NCBI GenBank assembly: GCA_964291265.2
Contig: OZ219747.1
Coordinates: 2,112,001-2,176,000, forward strand
Direction of reading: 5' to 3'
Source of the DNA: Alphaproteobacteria bacterium
GTDB lineage: Bacteria; Pseudomonadota; Alphaproteobacteria; SP197
Length of the DNA stretch: 64,000 bases
A model generated the notes under the pieces. It was given only the letters and a program-made list of their open reading frames with translations, had not been told where the DNA came from and ran no database searches. The translations under genes and the position numbers were made by a program. Within the stretch, counting starts at the first letter, position 1. Each line of letters begins with the position of its first letter. This document shows positions 38,497-48,289 of this stretch, one piece after another.

Positions 38497-39290
38497 TCCC
38501 GCAAGACCCTTGAACGCGGTCACGCGTTACCATCCAGGAATGAGAACGTCTCACCCCGACGCGCCGCTCAGCCTCCCCGGGAAACTCCCGGGCCGTCCAA
38601 ACGACACCGCATCACGAGACTGCCGCAGCCGCTGGCCGGACTGGCTTACAGGTCGCAGCATCCGCCCGAAAACACTCGACGCCTGCCGCACCCTGCAGGA
38701 CGAATGGCGTGACCGCCTCGACAGCATCCCCGAAACCCTCCGTGACACGCCTTACGGAGAACGCCTGCAGAGCGTCGCCGATGCCGACATCGAGGCTCTC
38801 GAGGACATCGAACCGCCACGCGGCTACGGAAGGGACACGTAATCTCGCAAGACCCTTGAACGCGGTCACGCGTTACCATCCAGGAATGAGAACGTCTCAC
38901 CCCGACGCGCCGCTCAGCCTCCCCGGGAAACACCCGGGCCGTCCAAACGACACCGCATCACGAGACTGCCGCAGCCGCTGAGCCGCAGCAACGCCCGATC
39001 CGCCGCCGGGCTGGCTCACAGGTCGCAGCATCCGCCCGAAAACACTCGACGCCTGCCGCACCCTGCGCCGCCGCAACCGCAACGCACGCAGCCTCTTCGC
39101 CCAGCGCAACAGAAACCGTCAGCTCTCCAGCCTCGAGATCGTCCCGCCCGACGAACCACGACGAGGACGGAGAACGCCAGAACAAGACCCCGCGCAAAAG
39201 CCTGAAGCTCCCCTCCCACATCACGTTCCACAAACGCCGAACGCCAGAAAACGCCGACCGGAACGACATCGTCAACGTCAATGCAAGACC
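38345..39290 (+). repeat. Tandem duplication (period 346 bp) and degenerate copy of Toprim gene segments
   Basis: CCCTGCAGGACGAATGG at 38345 and 38691; ~38960-39280 aligns to ~37590-37775 and ~38024-38150. Confidence 0.8.
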
Positions 39291-39446
39291 AATGGGATCC
39301 AACAATAGGCAGAAAACAAAGACCGGGCGGACCTTCGTCCAATGCCGCACGTTCTCCTGTCGTGGTCACCCACTCACACGATCAGCGCCCAAAAGAGCGG
39401 TTCTCCGCCAATATCCCGCCGTTCTAAATCGCCGCCGACAAACGAA

Positions 39447-42400
39447 CTGGCGTCGCGCCTGGTGGCGCAGGGTTTCGCGGTGACGCCGCGGATGATCGGC
39501 CCGGTTCCGGGCTTCGAGCTGGCGGGCTACGACGGGGAGTTCCTGGACGCCTTCTCCGGGCGTCGCCGGGAGATCCTTGCCTACCTCGAGAAGCACGGGC
39601 TTCCGGCGACGCGTGAGGCGACGCAGAAGGCGACGCTCCACACGCGCCGCCGCAAGGTCGAGGCGGGCCTTGCCGAGCTGGTGCCGCAGTGGCGCGCCCG
39701 GGCGCGCGCCCTGGGCCTTGTGCGCGACGAGGCGGCGCTCAGGCCGCCGAGGCCGGTCGAACCGGAGACGGGCCGGGAGATGGCGCTGCCGGTGGCCCCG
39801 GAAGCGGGGCTGACGAAGAACGAACGCCGGCGGCGTCGTCGGTCGCCTGCAGCGCCGCACCTCGAGCCGGTGGCGGAGACCGCGGTGCGGCGGCGCCGGT
39901 TCCGCCCCTCGGCTCCGGCGGAACGCATCGCCGAGCCCGAGACGGGCGTCCTCGAGGCGGTGGCGCGGGCGGTGGCTCATGTCGAGGAGAGACGCACGGT
40001 GATCCCGGCTGGCGATATCCGGGCCCTGGTCCTGGGCCATGCGCCGGGACGCTACCGGCTGGAAGAGATCGACGCGGCGATCGAGCGCCTCGTCGCGGAA
40101 GGGGAGTTGCTGGAGACGGTCCTGCGGGGCTCGGACCGTTCCTTCGTCACCGACCGGGCGGTCAAGGCGGAACGGCGCATCCTGGAGGCGGTGAGGCAGG
40201 GCCGGACGTTGGCCGTCGCCCTGGTCCCGGAAGAGACGGTGACGGCCCGCCTTGCGGCGACGAGGCTGACCGCCGGGCAGGCGAACGCGGTGCGTCACGT
40301 CCTGGGGTCCGGCGATGTGGTGGTGGGCGTGCAGGGTCGGGCCGGCAGCGGCAAGACGACGATGCTGAAGGAGGTGGCGGGCCTCGTGGAGGGGCGCCCG
40401 CTCATCGCCCTTGCTCCCTCGGCCGCCGCGGCGCGGGTGCTGGAGAAGGGAGCCGGGGTCCCGACCCGCACCCTTCAGTGGTTCCTGGTGCGCTACGGCG
40501 ATCTCTCGGACCCCGACCGCCTGGAGCGGGCCCGCGAGGACATGGATGGCGGGGTGCTGGTGGTGGACGAGGCCTCGATGATCGGCACGGTGGCGATGGA
40601 GAGGCTGCTCGCCCTGGCCGGGACCCTTGGTATCGCTCGCGTGGTGCTCGTCGGCGACACGGCGCAGCTGAAGGCGGTGGACGCCGGCCAGCCCTTTGCC
40701 CTCATGCAGAAGCGCGGCATGGCGACGGCGGTGATGGACGAGGTGCTGCGCCAGGAGGATGCGGACCTGAAGGAGGCGGTGGTGCGGGCCCGCGAGGGCG
40801 AGGCCGGCGAGGCCATGACGCGGCTCGCCAACCGGGTGACGGAACACCGGGTGGAGGATCTCGGGGCAGAAGCGGCCCGGGCGTGGCTCGCCCTCGGGGC
40901 GGAGGACCGGGAGGCCTGCGCCGTCCTCGCCCCGACCCATGCCGTGCGCCGGGAGATCAACGCGGCCATCCGCGAGGGCCTGGCGCAGGAAGGCGTGCTG
41001 ACGGGAAGGACGCTCACCATCCAGCGCCTCGTCGACCGGCGCTACACCCGCATCGAGGCCTCGGTTCTCGCCAACTACGAACCGGGGGACACGGTGGTCT
41101 TCCACCGCGACGCCTATGGTTGCCGTGCCGACGATGTCTGCACCATCACCGGGGTCGGCGACGGCTGGGTCGTCCTCGACCATGCCGACGGCCGGGAACG
41201 ACGTTTCCGGCCCTCGGGCAACGCCGCCCGCAACCTCGGGGTGCACGAGACCGTGGAGATCGAGATCCGGGCCGGCGACCGGGTGCGCTGGACGCGCAAC
41301 CGCAAGGCCCGGCGGCGCACGCCGGCCCTGGTCAACGGCGAGGAAGCCCGCGTGCTGTCGATCGGGCCCGAGCGGGTGCGGCTGCTGGCGGACGACGGCA
41401 CGGAGTACTCCCTGGCCCGCAGCGATCCCCACCTGCGCCACCTCGACCATGCCTGGAGTTCCACGGTCCACGGCGCCCAGGGCAAGACGGCGAAGAAGGT
41501 CATCGCCGTCCTCGATGCCGGACACATGGCGAACCGGGAGATGTTCTATGTCGAGGTGAGCCGTGCCTCGCAGGGGTTCACCCTGTTGACGGACGACCGC
41601 GAGGCGCTGATCGAGTGTCTCGAGACCTCGCCCTACGTGCCCGACGCCGCGCTCGAGGCCCTGGGCGAGGATCTCGACGGCCCGATCGTCGATCCCGAGG
41701 CGTGGGCCGCCGTCGTGGCTGCCTGGGAAGAGGTGGAACGGGAGGCGTCGGGTTCGCCTCCCTCGTCGGTTCCGGCCTATGCCGGGGTGATGGCGCGCCT
41801 TGCCGCCTTCGCGGCGGTCGAGGACCTGCCGGCCGAGATGCGCGCCTTCGTCGATGAGCGCCTTGGAGCCCATGAAGCATCCCGTGCTGCGGAGCGCCAG
41901 GTGCGGGAGCTCATCGCCGGCCTGCAGGACCAGCCGCGGCGCTGGCCGGAACTGGCATGGGCGGCCCGGTCCACAGGCCACCCTGCAGGAGACGGCCCGG
42001 CCTGGCGGACGTGGCGCGATGCGGGAACGGCCCTTGTCGACAGCGCCCGGCGGCGGCTCGCCGGAGAGGAGGCGCCGGCGATTCCGGAGAGTGACCGCCG
42101 GCGCCTCGAGGCCGCGCTTGCCGGTGTGGAGAAGGTGCGGCTGAAGGACGATGCCGCGCGCTTTGCCCGCGACTGGCGGGCCCTGGTCGAACGGTCGCGG
42201 GAGAAGGCCGTGCCGGTCTCCCTCCTGGCGGACCATGCGGACCTCTCCCGCCGCGGCGCAGCCCTGGCGCGGTCCACGGGGCTGACGGCGGAGGAACGTC
42301 GTGCGGTGGAGGCCTGGCAGGCGCGCCATGCCACGGAGACCGCTCTCGTCGACGACTTCAGGTCGGCGCGTCAGAGAGCCGGCATGCTGGCGGCATGGTT

Positions 42401-45400
42401 CGCAGACCACGTGCCGCTCGATGGCGCGGGCGGGGTCGATCCCGAGGATGCCGATGTCACGCGGTGGCGGCGTGACGCGGAGGCTCACCTGCGGCATATG
42501 CGCTCGCTCCTTGACACGGACGGTCCTCATGGTCCGTACATCGCCGCCATGCCGGAGGAGCGCGACGGGATCGTGACGGCGGGCCGGGAGGTCGTCGAGA
42601 GACTGGAGGCGCTTGACCGCGCCACGCTGCTGTGGCGGGTCTGCGGGATCGCTGGCCGGGCCCGCCTCGAGGACCGCCTGCCCCTCGACCTCGCGGAATG
42701 GTTCGGCACGCTGGGCGAGATCCGCCGTGCCGTCGATGCCGCCGCACCCGGCGATCCGGTGGGCCGCCATCTGGAACGCTGGCTGGCAGACGACGGGCGC
42801 TGGCGCCGCGACCGCCACCGCGTGGCGGAAGTCGTCGGCCTGCTGAGGGACCTCGAACGCTCAAGGCCTCGCTACGCGGACCTCCGTGGCGACGCCCAGA
42901 ATCGCCGGGCGTGGCGCGACGGGGCCGAAGCCCTGGACGGCGCCCTCGAGACCGTGGTCGCCCTTGCCGACCACGAGCGCAGAGCCCACCTCGCGGCCTG
43001 CGGCATGACGGCGCAGGCCTTCGCTTCCCTGGTCGGCGCCGTGCCCCTGTGGCGCGCCACCGACGCGGCCCTCGCCGGCCTCGACGACTGGTCGGGGCGG
43101 GCCGCCGAGGTGCTGCGCGAGGGCGGCGAGGGTCCGACCATCGCGCAGGAGGATGTCGAACGGGCTTACGCCCTGATCGAGGAGGGCAGGAAGCTTGTGG
43201 AGGAATGGGCCGCCCATCCCTCTCGCACGGGCGACATGGCGGGCGCCCGGGACGCCGTCGACAGCGTCGTCAGGCAGCTCGAGGCAGCCCGGTTGACGGC
43301 CGCATGTCAGGCGTTCGCCGCCCTCACCTGGTCCGTCAGCCGGGCCCATGAGGAAGGCGGCGTGCACCCCCTCGATGCGGCGGACTACCCCCGGCTCCTG
43401 GCGGCTCTGGAGGATCTCGCCGGACGCGAGGGCACGCCGCAGGCAACGCGCGACCTGATGGTCGACTGGCGGGACGCCGACGGCAGGTGGAGGCAGGAAC
43501 GCCGCGAGACCGAAGCCACCGTCGCCAGGGCCCGGGTCCTGGCGAAGACGGGGCCGGCGCCTGCGGCGGCGGACCATCCCGATGCGGACCATCCCGATGC
43601 CCAGGCCTGGCGCACCGAGGCGGCGGCAATGCTGACGGCTGCCCGGGCGATGTTGGCCGACAGGTCGCTGAAGGCCCGCCACCTCGATGCACTCGCCGAC
43701 GCCCGCCACGGCCTCGCTGCGGCAACGGCAACCATCGAGACGACCCTTGGAGCCCTGGACCGCGCCGCACTTCTGCAGCGGGTGAAGGAGATCGAGGACC
43801 GCGCCGAGGCCGCCGGGCGGCTCCCATGCGACCTCGCTGACTGGCCCGGCCTTCTCGAGGAGGTCTCCGCGGCGGTGGCCGACGGCGCACCGGCGGCTGG
43901 AACCGTGCGCGCGCTTGCCCGCCGGCTCGATGACGACAGGCGCTGGCGCCGTGACCGCGCCCGTCTCGCCAAAGCCCTTGCCCGCCTCGCGGAGGTCGAG
44001 ACGAACCGGCCCACGTTCGGCGGCTCAGGCGACGACCGTGCGGCCTGGCGCGCCGCGGCCCCGGCGGCGGCAGAGGAAGCCGGGGCGGCGATGGACGCCA
44101 TCCCCGAAGGCGAGCGCACCGCGCAGCTTCGCGCCCTCGGAACATCCCCCGATGCCTTCCGGCAACGCCTTGCCTCGGTGCCCTCCTGGATGGCGACGGA
44201 CGCCGCCCTCGATGTTCTCGCGGACTGGCGCCGCCGCGCCGGCCGCCTGGTGGGCGAGGCGGCGGAACCGGGTGATCCCCGCTGGCGCCGCGACGCCACG
44301 GCGCTCCTGGCCGAGGGACGCGCACTTCCCGGCGCGTGGAAGGCCGGCGGCCTGCCGGCTCGCGACATGGCGGGCGCCCGGGACGCCGTCGACAGCGTCG
44401 TCAGGCAGCTCGAGGCAGCCCGGTTGACGGCCGCATGCCAGGCGTTCGCCGCCCTCACCTGGTCCGTCAACCGGGCCCGCGAGGAAGGCGGCGTGCACCC
44501 CCTCGATGCGGCGGACTATCCCCGGCTCCTGGCGGCCCTGGATGATCTCGCCGAACACGAGGGCACGCCGCAGGCAACGCGCGACCTGATGGTCGACTGG
44601 CGGGACGCCGACGGCAGGTGGAGGGCGGAACGCCGCGAGACCGAAGCCACCGTCGCCAGGGCCCGGGTCCTGGCGAAGGCGGGGCCGGCGCCTGCGGCGG
44701 CGGACCATCCCGATGCCCGGGCCTGGCGCACCGAGGCGGCGGCATTGCTGACGGCCGCCCGGGCGATGCTGGCCGACAGGTCGCTGAAGGCCCGCCACCT
44801 CGATGCCCTCGCCGACGCCCGTCACGGCCTCGCTGCGGCAGCGGCAACCATCGAGACGACCTTCAGAGCCCTGGACCGCGCCGCACTTCTGCAGCGGGTG
44901 AAGGAGATCGAGGACCGTGCCGAGGCCGCCGGACGCCTGCCATGCGACCTCGCTGACTGGCCCGGCCTTCTCGAGGAGGTCTCCGCGGCGGTGGCCGACG
45001 GCGCGACGGCGGATGGAACCGTGCGCACGCTTGTCCGCCGGCTCGATGACGACAGGCGCTGGCGCCGTGACCGCGGCCGTCTCGCCAAAGCCCTTGCCCG
45101 CCTCGCGGAGGCCGAGGCGAACCGGCCCACGTTCGGCGGCTCAGGCGACGACCGTGTGGTCTGGCGCGCCGTGGCCCCGGCGGCGGCAGAGGAAGCCCGT
45201 GCGGCGATGGACGCCATCCCCGAAGGCGAGCGCACCGCGCAGCTTCGCGCCCTCGGAACATCCCCCGATGCCTTCCAGCAACGCCTTGCCTCGGTGCCCT
45301 CCTGGATGGCGACGGACGCCGCCCTCGATGTTCTCGCGGACTGGCGCCGCCGCGCCGGCCGCCTGGGCGAGGCGGCGGAACCGGGCGATGCCCTCTGGCG

Positions 45401-46721
45401 CCGCGACGCCGCGGCGCTCCTGGCCGAAGGTCGTGCACTCCCCGGCGCGTGGAAGGCCGGCGGCCTGCCGGCCCGCGACATGGCGGGCGCCGGGGATGTC
45501 GTCAAGACCGAGGCCGAGCGCATCGACGCCATGCTCCTCGGCGACAGCCTGCGGGCTCTCGTGCGCCGGGCAGACGCCATCAATGGGGAGGTGCGGGACC
45601 ATCATCGCCATCCCCTCGATTCGCCCCACATGGCGCCCCTGCGCGAGGCGCTGCGGCAGCTCCGGGACGATCCGCGCCTTACCGCGGAGGACCGGACCAC
45701 CGTCGGCGCGTGGCGCGAGACGCTCGATGGCTGGGACGGCGAACGCCAGCGGGTTCATGAGCTCGTCGCGGAGGCCCTGGCTCTCCAACCCGGCCTCCAG
45801 GGAAGCGCAGCGCTGTCCGACGCCTGGCGCCGCCGTGCCCGGATGCTGCTGGAGGCCGTGGAGGCAGGGTCGCTGAACCAGGAGGCCCACATCCGCGCCG
45901 CGGGCGCTTCGCCCCGGCGCCTCGCCTACATCGTGGCGGCACTCCCGGAACGCCTGGCCCAGGACGATGCGGTGCGCGAGGAGGCAGGCCGGACCCGCCA
46001 CCTCCTCGAGGTCCGCACCGCCATGCGGCAGCTGCGGGAGGCGCCGTTCGACGTCTCCCGCAGCGTCCGCTGGGACGGGACCGAGCCCCTGCTCCGCGGC
46101 GACCGGCTCAGCTGGGTCGACGCAGAGGGCCGCCACGACGCGGTTGTCGAGATGGTCAGCCACGTCACCGGCCCCGACGTCATCGATCGCCTGCGCATCC
46201 GTCCCGTCGGCGGCACAGAGACCCGCAGTCTCCACGCCGAGACGCTCCGCCCCCTTGCCGACAACGTCACCTGCCGGCGCCTCCTGTGGCCCGACGAGAC
46301 GCTGCGCCAGCGGGAACGCGACCGGCAGTATCCCGCCCGCAACGACGCCTTCCCCTTCGCCTGCGAGGAGAGGGTGCTACCGGGCGACAGGATACGCTGG
46401 ACCATGGTGCGGCATGCCGGCCCGGTCCAGCCCCCGCTCGAGGGCGACACCGCGCAGGTCGAGGCGATCGTCGAGGCCGTCGAGGCCGGCGTCAACGACG
46501 TGGTGGGAGACGGGGTGACGCTCCGCGTGGTCCGCTCCTGGGGGATGCAGGGAGCGCCTGCAGCCGGTTCGACGATCCGCCAGGACATGCGCTCCCTCTT
46601 CACGCGCGGATGCGTACGCGCGCCCTGGGATGACGAGACGGCGCGGGAGAGGCGCATGGCCGAGACGCTCCGGGAGATCGAGGCCCGCAGGCGTGGACGG
46701 TCCCGCGGCCTGTCGATGTAG
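39447..46721 (+). pseudogene. MOBF relaxase-helicase 2, remaining 2424 codons (2627 aa when rejoined)
   Basis: FSGRR, GRAGSGKTT, VVDEAS, TVHGAQG, YVEVSRA; tail RGRSRGLSM. Confidence 0.9.
43233..45495 (+). repeat. In-frame tandem duplication of ~1.12-kb units
   Basis: GACATGGCGGGCGCC at 43233, 44364 and 45477 (periods 1131 and 1113 bp). Confidence 0.9.
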
Positions 46722-46758
46722 GCGCCAGGCTCATGCTCCCCCGATGATCCCCTGCCGT

Positions 46759-47241
46759 TCAGGAAAAGAGATCCGGCTGGACCGTATCCGCGGCCCGCGG
46801 GCGCTCCGTCGTCGTTCTCCTGACGGAGGCCATGACGGCGGCCGCCTGCTCCTCGCCGAGGATCGAGGCCAGCTCGGCCTGGAGATCCTCCTCCCGGCCG
46901 CGGGCGATCATGTCCTTCGCCCACAGGTTGAACATCACCGCGACCCGCGCCTGGATGTCGGCCATCAGCGACGATGTGTCCTCATCGCCCTGCAGCAGCG
47001 AGAGCATCTCCCGGTGAAGCTCCAGGAGCTCCCGCTGCTGAACCCCGGCCAGCACCAGCGGCGGTCCCCTGTCGCCCTCGGCCCCGTCCCGGGCCGCCAG
47101 GCCCACGAGATAGCGGGCGATCGAGAGCCCGCGGCCTGCCGCTTGCGACCTCACCATCTCCCACTCGGCGTCCGTCGCCGAGACCGTCAGGTGCTTCGAC
47201 GGCGGCTTCTTCCGGCGACGCCGCCGCGGCCTCATCGCCAT
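46759..47241 (-). CDS. RHH/MobC-like protein 3 of element 2
   Basis: TVSATDAEWEMVRSQAAGRGLSIARYLV...MIARGREEDL. Confidence 0.7.
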   Translation of the reverse strand: MAMRPRRRRRKKPPSKHLTVSATDAEWEMVRSQAAGRGLSIARYLVGLAARDGAEGDRGPPLVLAGVQQRELLELHREMLSLLQGDEDTSSLMADIQARVAVMFNLWAKDMIARGREEDLQAELASILGEEQAAAVMASVRRTTTERPRAADTVQPDLFS

Positions 47242-47525
47242 CGGCTCATCACCGCCACCGCCGCAAGGAGGGTCAGGCCCTCCGTGCCGGGAAGCTCCCG
47301 GCGCAGGGCGCTTGCCACCTCCTGCAGGGTCCTCGTGCCCTCGAGGAACTCACGCTGATCCTCCGGCGACAGCACCAGGGGATGGATCTGCGGATCGTCG
47401 TCGCGGGCAAGGTCAAGCAGGTAGCCCGACACCGTCTTGCCGGCGGCCTTCGCCTTCCCGCGGATCATCTCCTGTTCCTCGGGCGGACAGTGCACGGAAC
47501 GCTGGCGCTTCAGCTGGCGCGTCAT
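47232..47525 (-). CDS. RHH/MobC-like protein 2 of element 2
   Basis: SVHCPPEEQEMIRGKAKAAGKTVSGYLL...RELP; ATGA overlap. Confidence 0.7.
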   Translation of the reverse strand: MTRQLKRQRSVHCPPEEQEMIRGKAKAAGKTVSGYLLDLARDDDPQIHPLVLSPEDQREFLEGTRTLQEVASALRRELPGTEGLTLLAAVAVMSRWR

Positions 47526-47860
47526 CCCCCGTCTCCCGCCGCCTTCCAGCGGTTGGCCGCTCCCGGATCGGTCAGGCGCGCCAGGACGCCCTCGCTCTCC
47601 AGCCAGGCGTTGACCGCCTCTCCGGCCTCCTCCCAGGCCTCCCCGGAGCCAGCCTCGCGCAGGCGCCGCTCTTCCAGGCGGGCCATGACGAGCACCTCCC
47701 GCACGGCCCGCCGCAGCACCTCCACCGGCAAGGCATCCGGCAACAGGGTGCGCTGCACGATGAAGCGGGAGAGCTCCATGCCGGCCGCACGGGCCGCCCG
47801 GGTGATGCGTTCCCACTCGGCGTCCGTCGCCATGACGGCGTGCTGGCGGCGGTCGGTCAT
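47522..47860 (-). CDS. RHH/MobC-like protein 1 of element 2
   Basis: QHAVMATDAEWERITRAARAAGMELSRFIV. Confidence 0.7.
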   Translation of the reverse strand: MTDRRQHAVMATDAEWERITRAARAAGMELSRFIVQRTLLPDALPVEVLRRAVREVLVMARLEERRLREAGSGEAWEEAGEAVNAWLESEGVLARLTDPGAANRWKAAGDGG

Positions 47861-48289
47861 GGCGCCGTGACCAGCGTTGACTGGGGAAACACATGCGCCG
47901 GATGAGGGCCGATCAGAGATGTCATTGTCCTGTGCTCATCCTGCATGGCGATATCGAAGCCCCTTCTTGTGTTGTTCTTGTGGCGCGCTGATATGTTTCT
48001 GTTGCGTCATCCTGGACGGCCGTGAGGGATCTGGCAAGCGGACAGTCGTGGCCGTTCTACTTCCCTGGGTGCAACAATTTAACGACATCGGAACGACACC
48101 GCGTTGTTCCGGCGCGATCGAAAATTCCCTTGCACTGTCCCGTAACCTGTTGTAGAAGGGCCGGGAAGTGAGAGATGACGTTTGGTTGCCGTTGGCCGGT
48201 TGGTGTCGTTACCGACGGTTCTTGTGCTTACACCATAGCCGTGGGGTGATCCAATATGACATGATGCCTATATTGGAGCAGTCCAGGCC

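Larger units (their letters stand above)
34121..39440 (+). mobile_element. IS21-family element, 5320 bp, with passenger genes
   Basis: TGT...ACA ends; imperfect IRs sharing TAGAACGGCGGGAT; 6-bp target duplication AACGAA (34115-34120 and 39441-39446). Confidence 0.92.

Noticed and set aside
37590-39290. Diversity-generating retroelement (Toprim gene as VR, degenerate copy as TR)
   Set aside because: Only about half of the mismatches are at A, there are indels, and the only RT in the window is a YADD intron maturase.
39342-39446. N-terminus of the 2459-aa ORF as a real start
   Set aside because: It is read-through from the IS21 right end and target duplication; the true N-terminus is at 33512.
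17350-47860. Self-transmissible ICE
   Set aside because: No VirB4, coupling protein or other T4SS genes in the window.
48096-48103. ACACCGCG (reverse CGCGGTGT) as the junction of element 2
   Set aside because: Orientation fits and it sits in a hairpin, but the 8-mer also occurs elsewhere (~15562, ~57303) and no partner was found near 32390.
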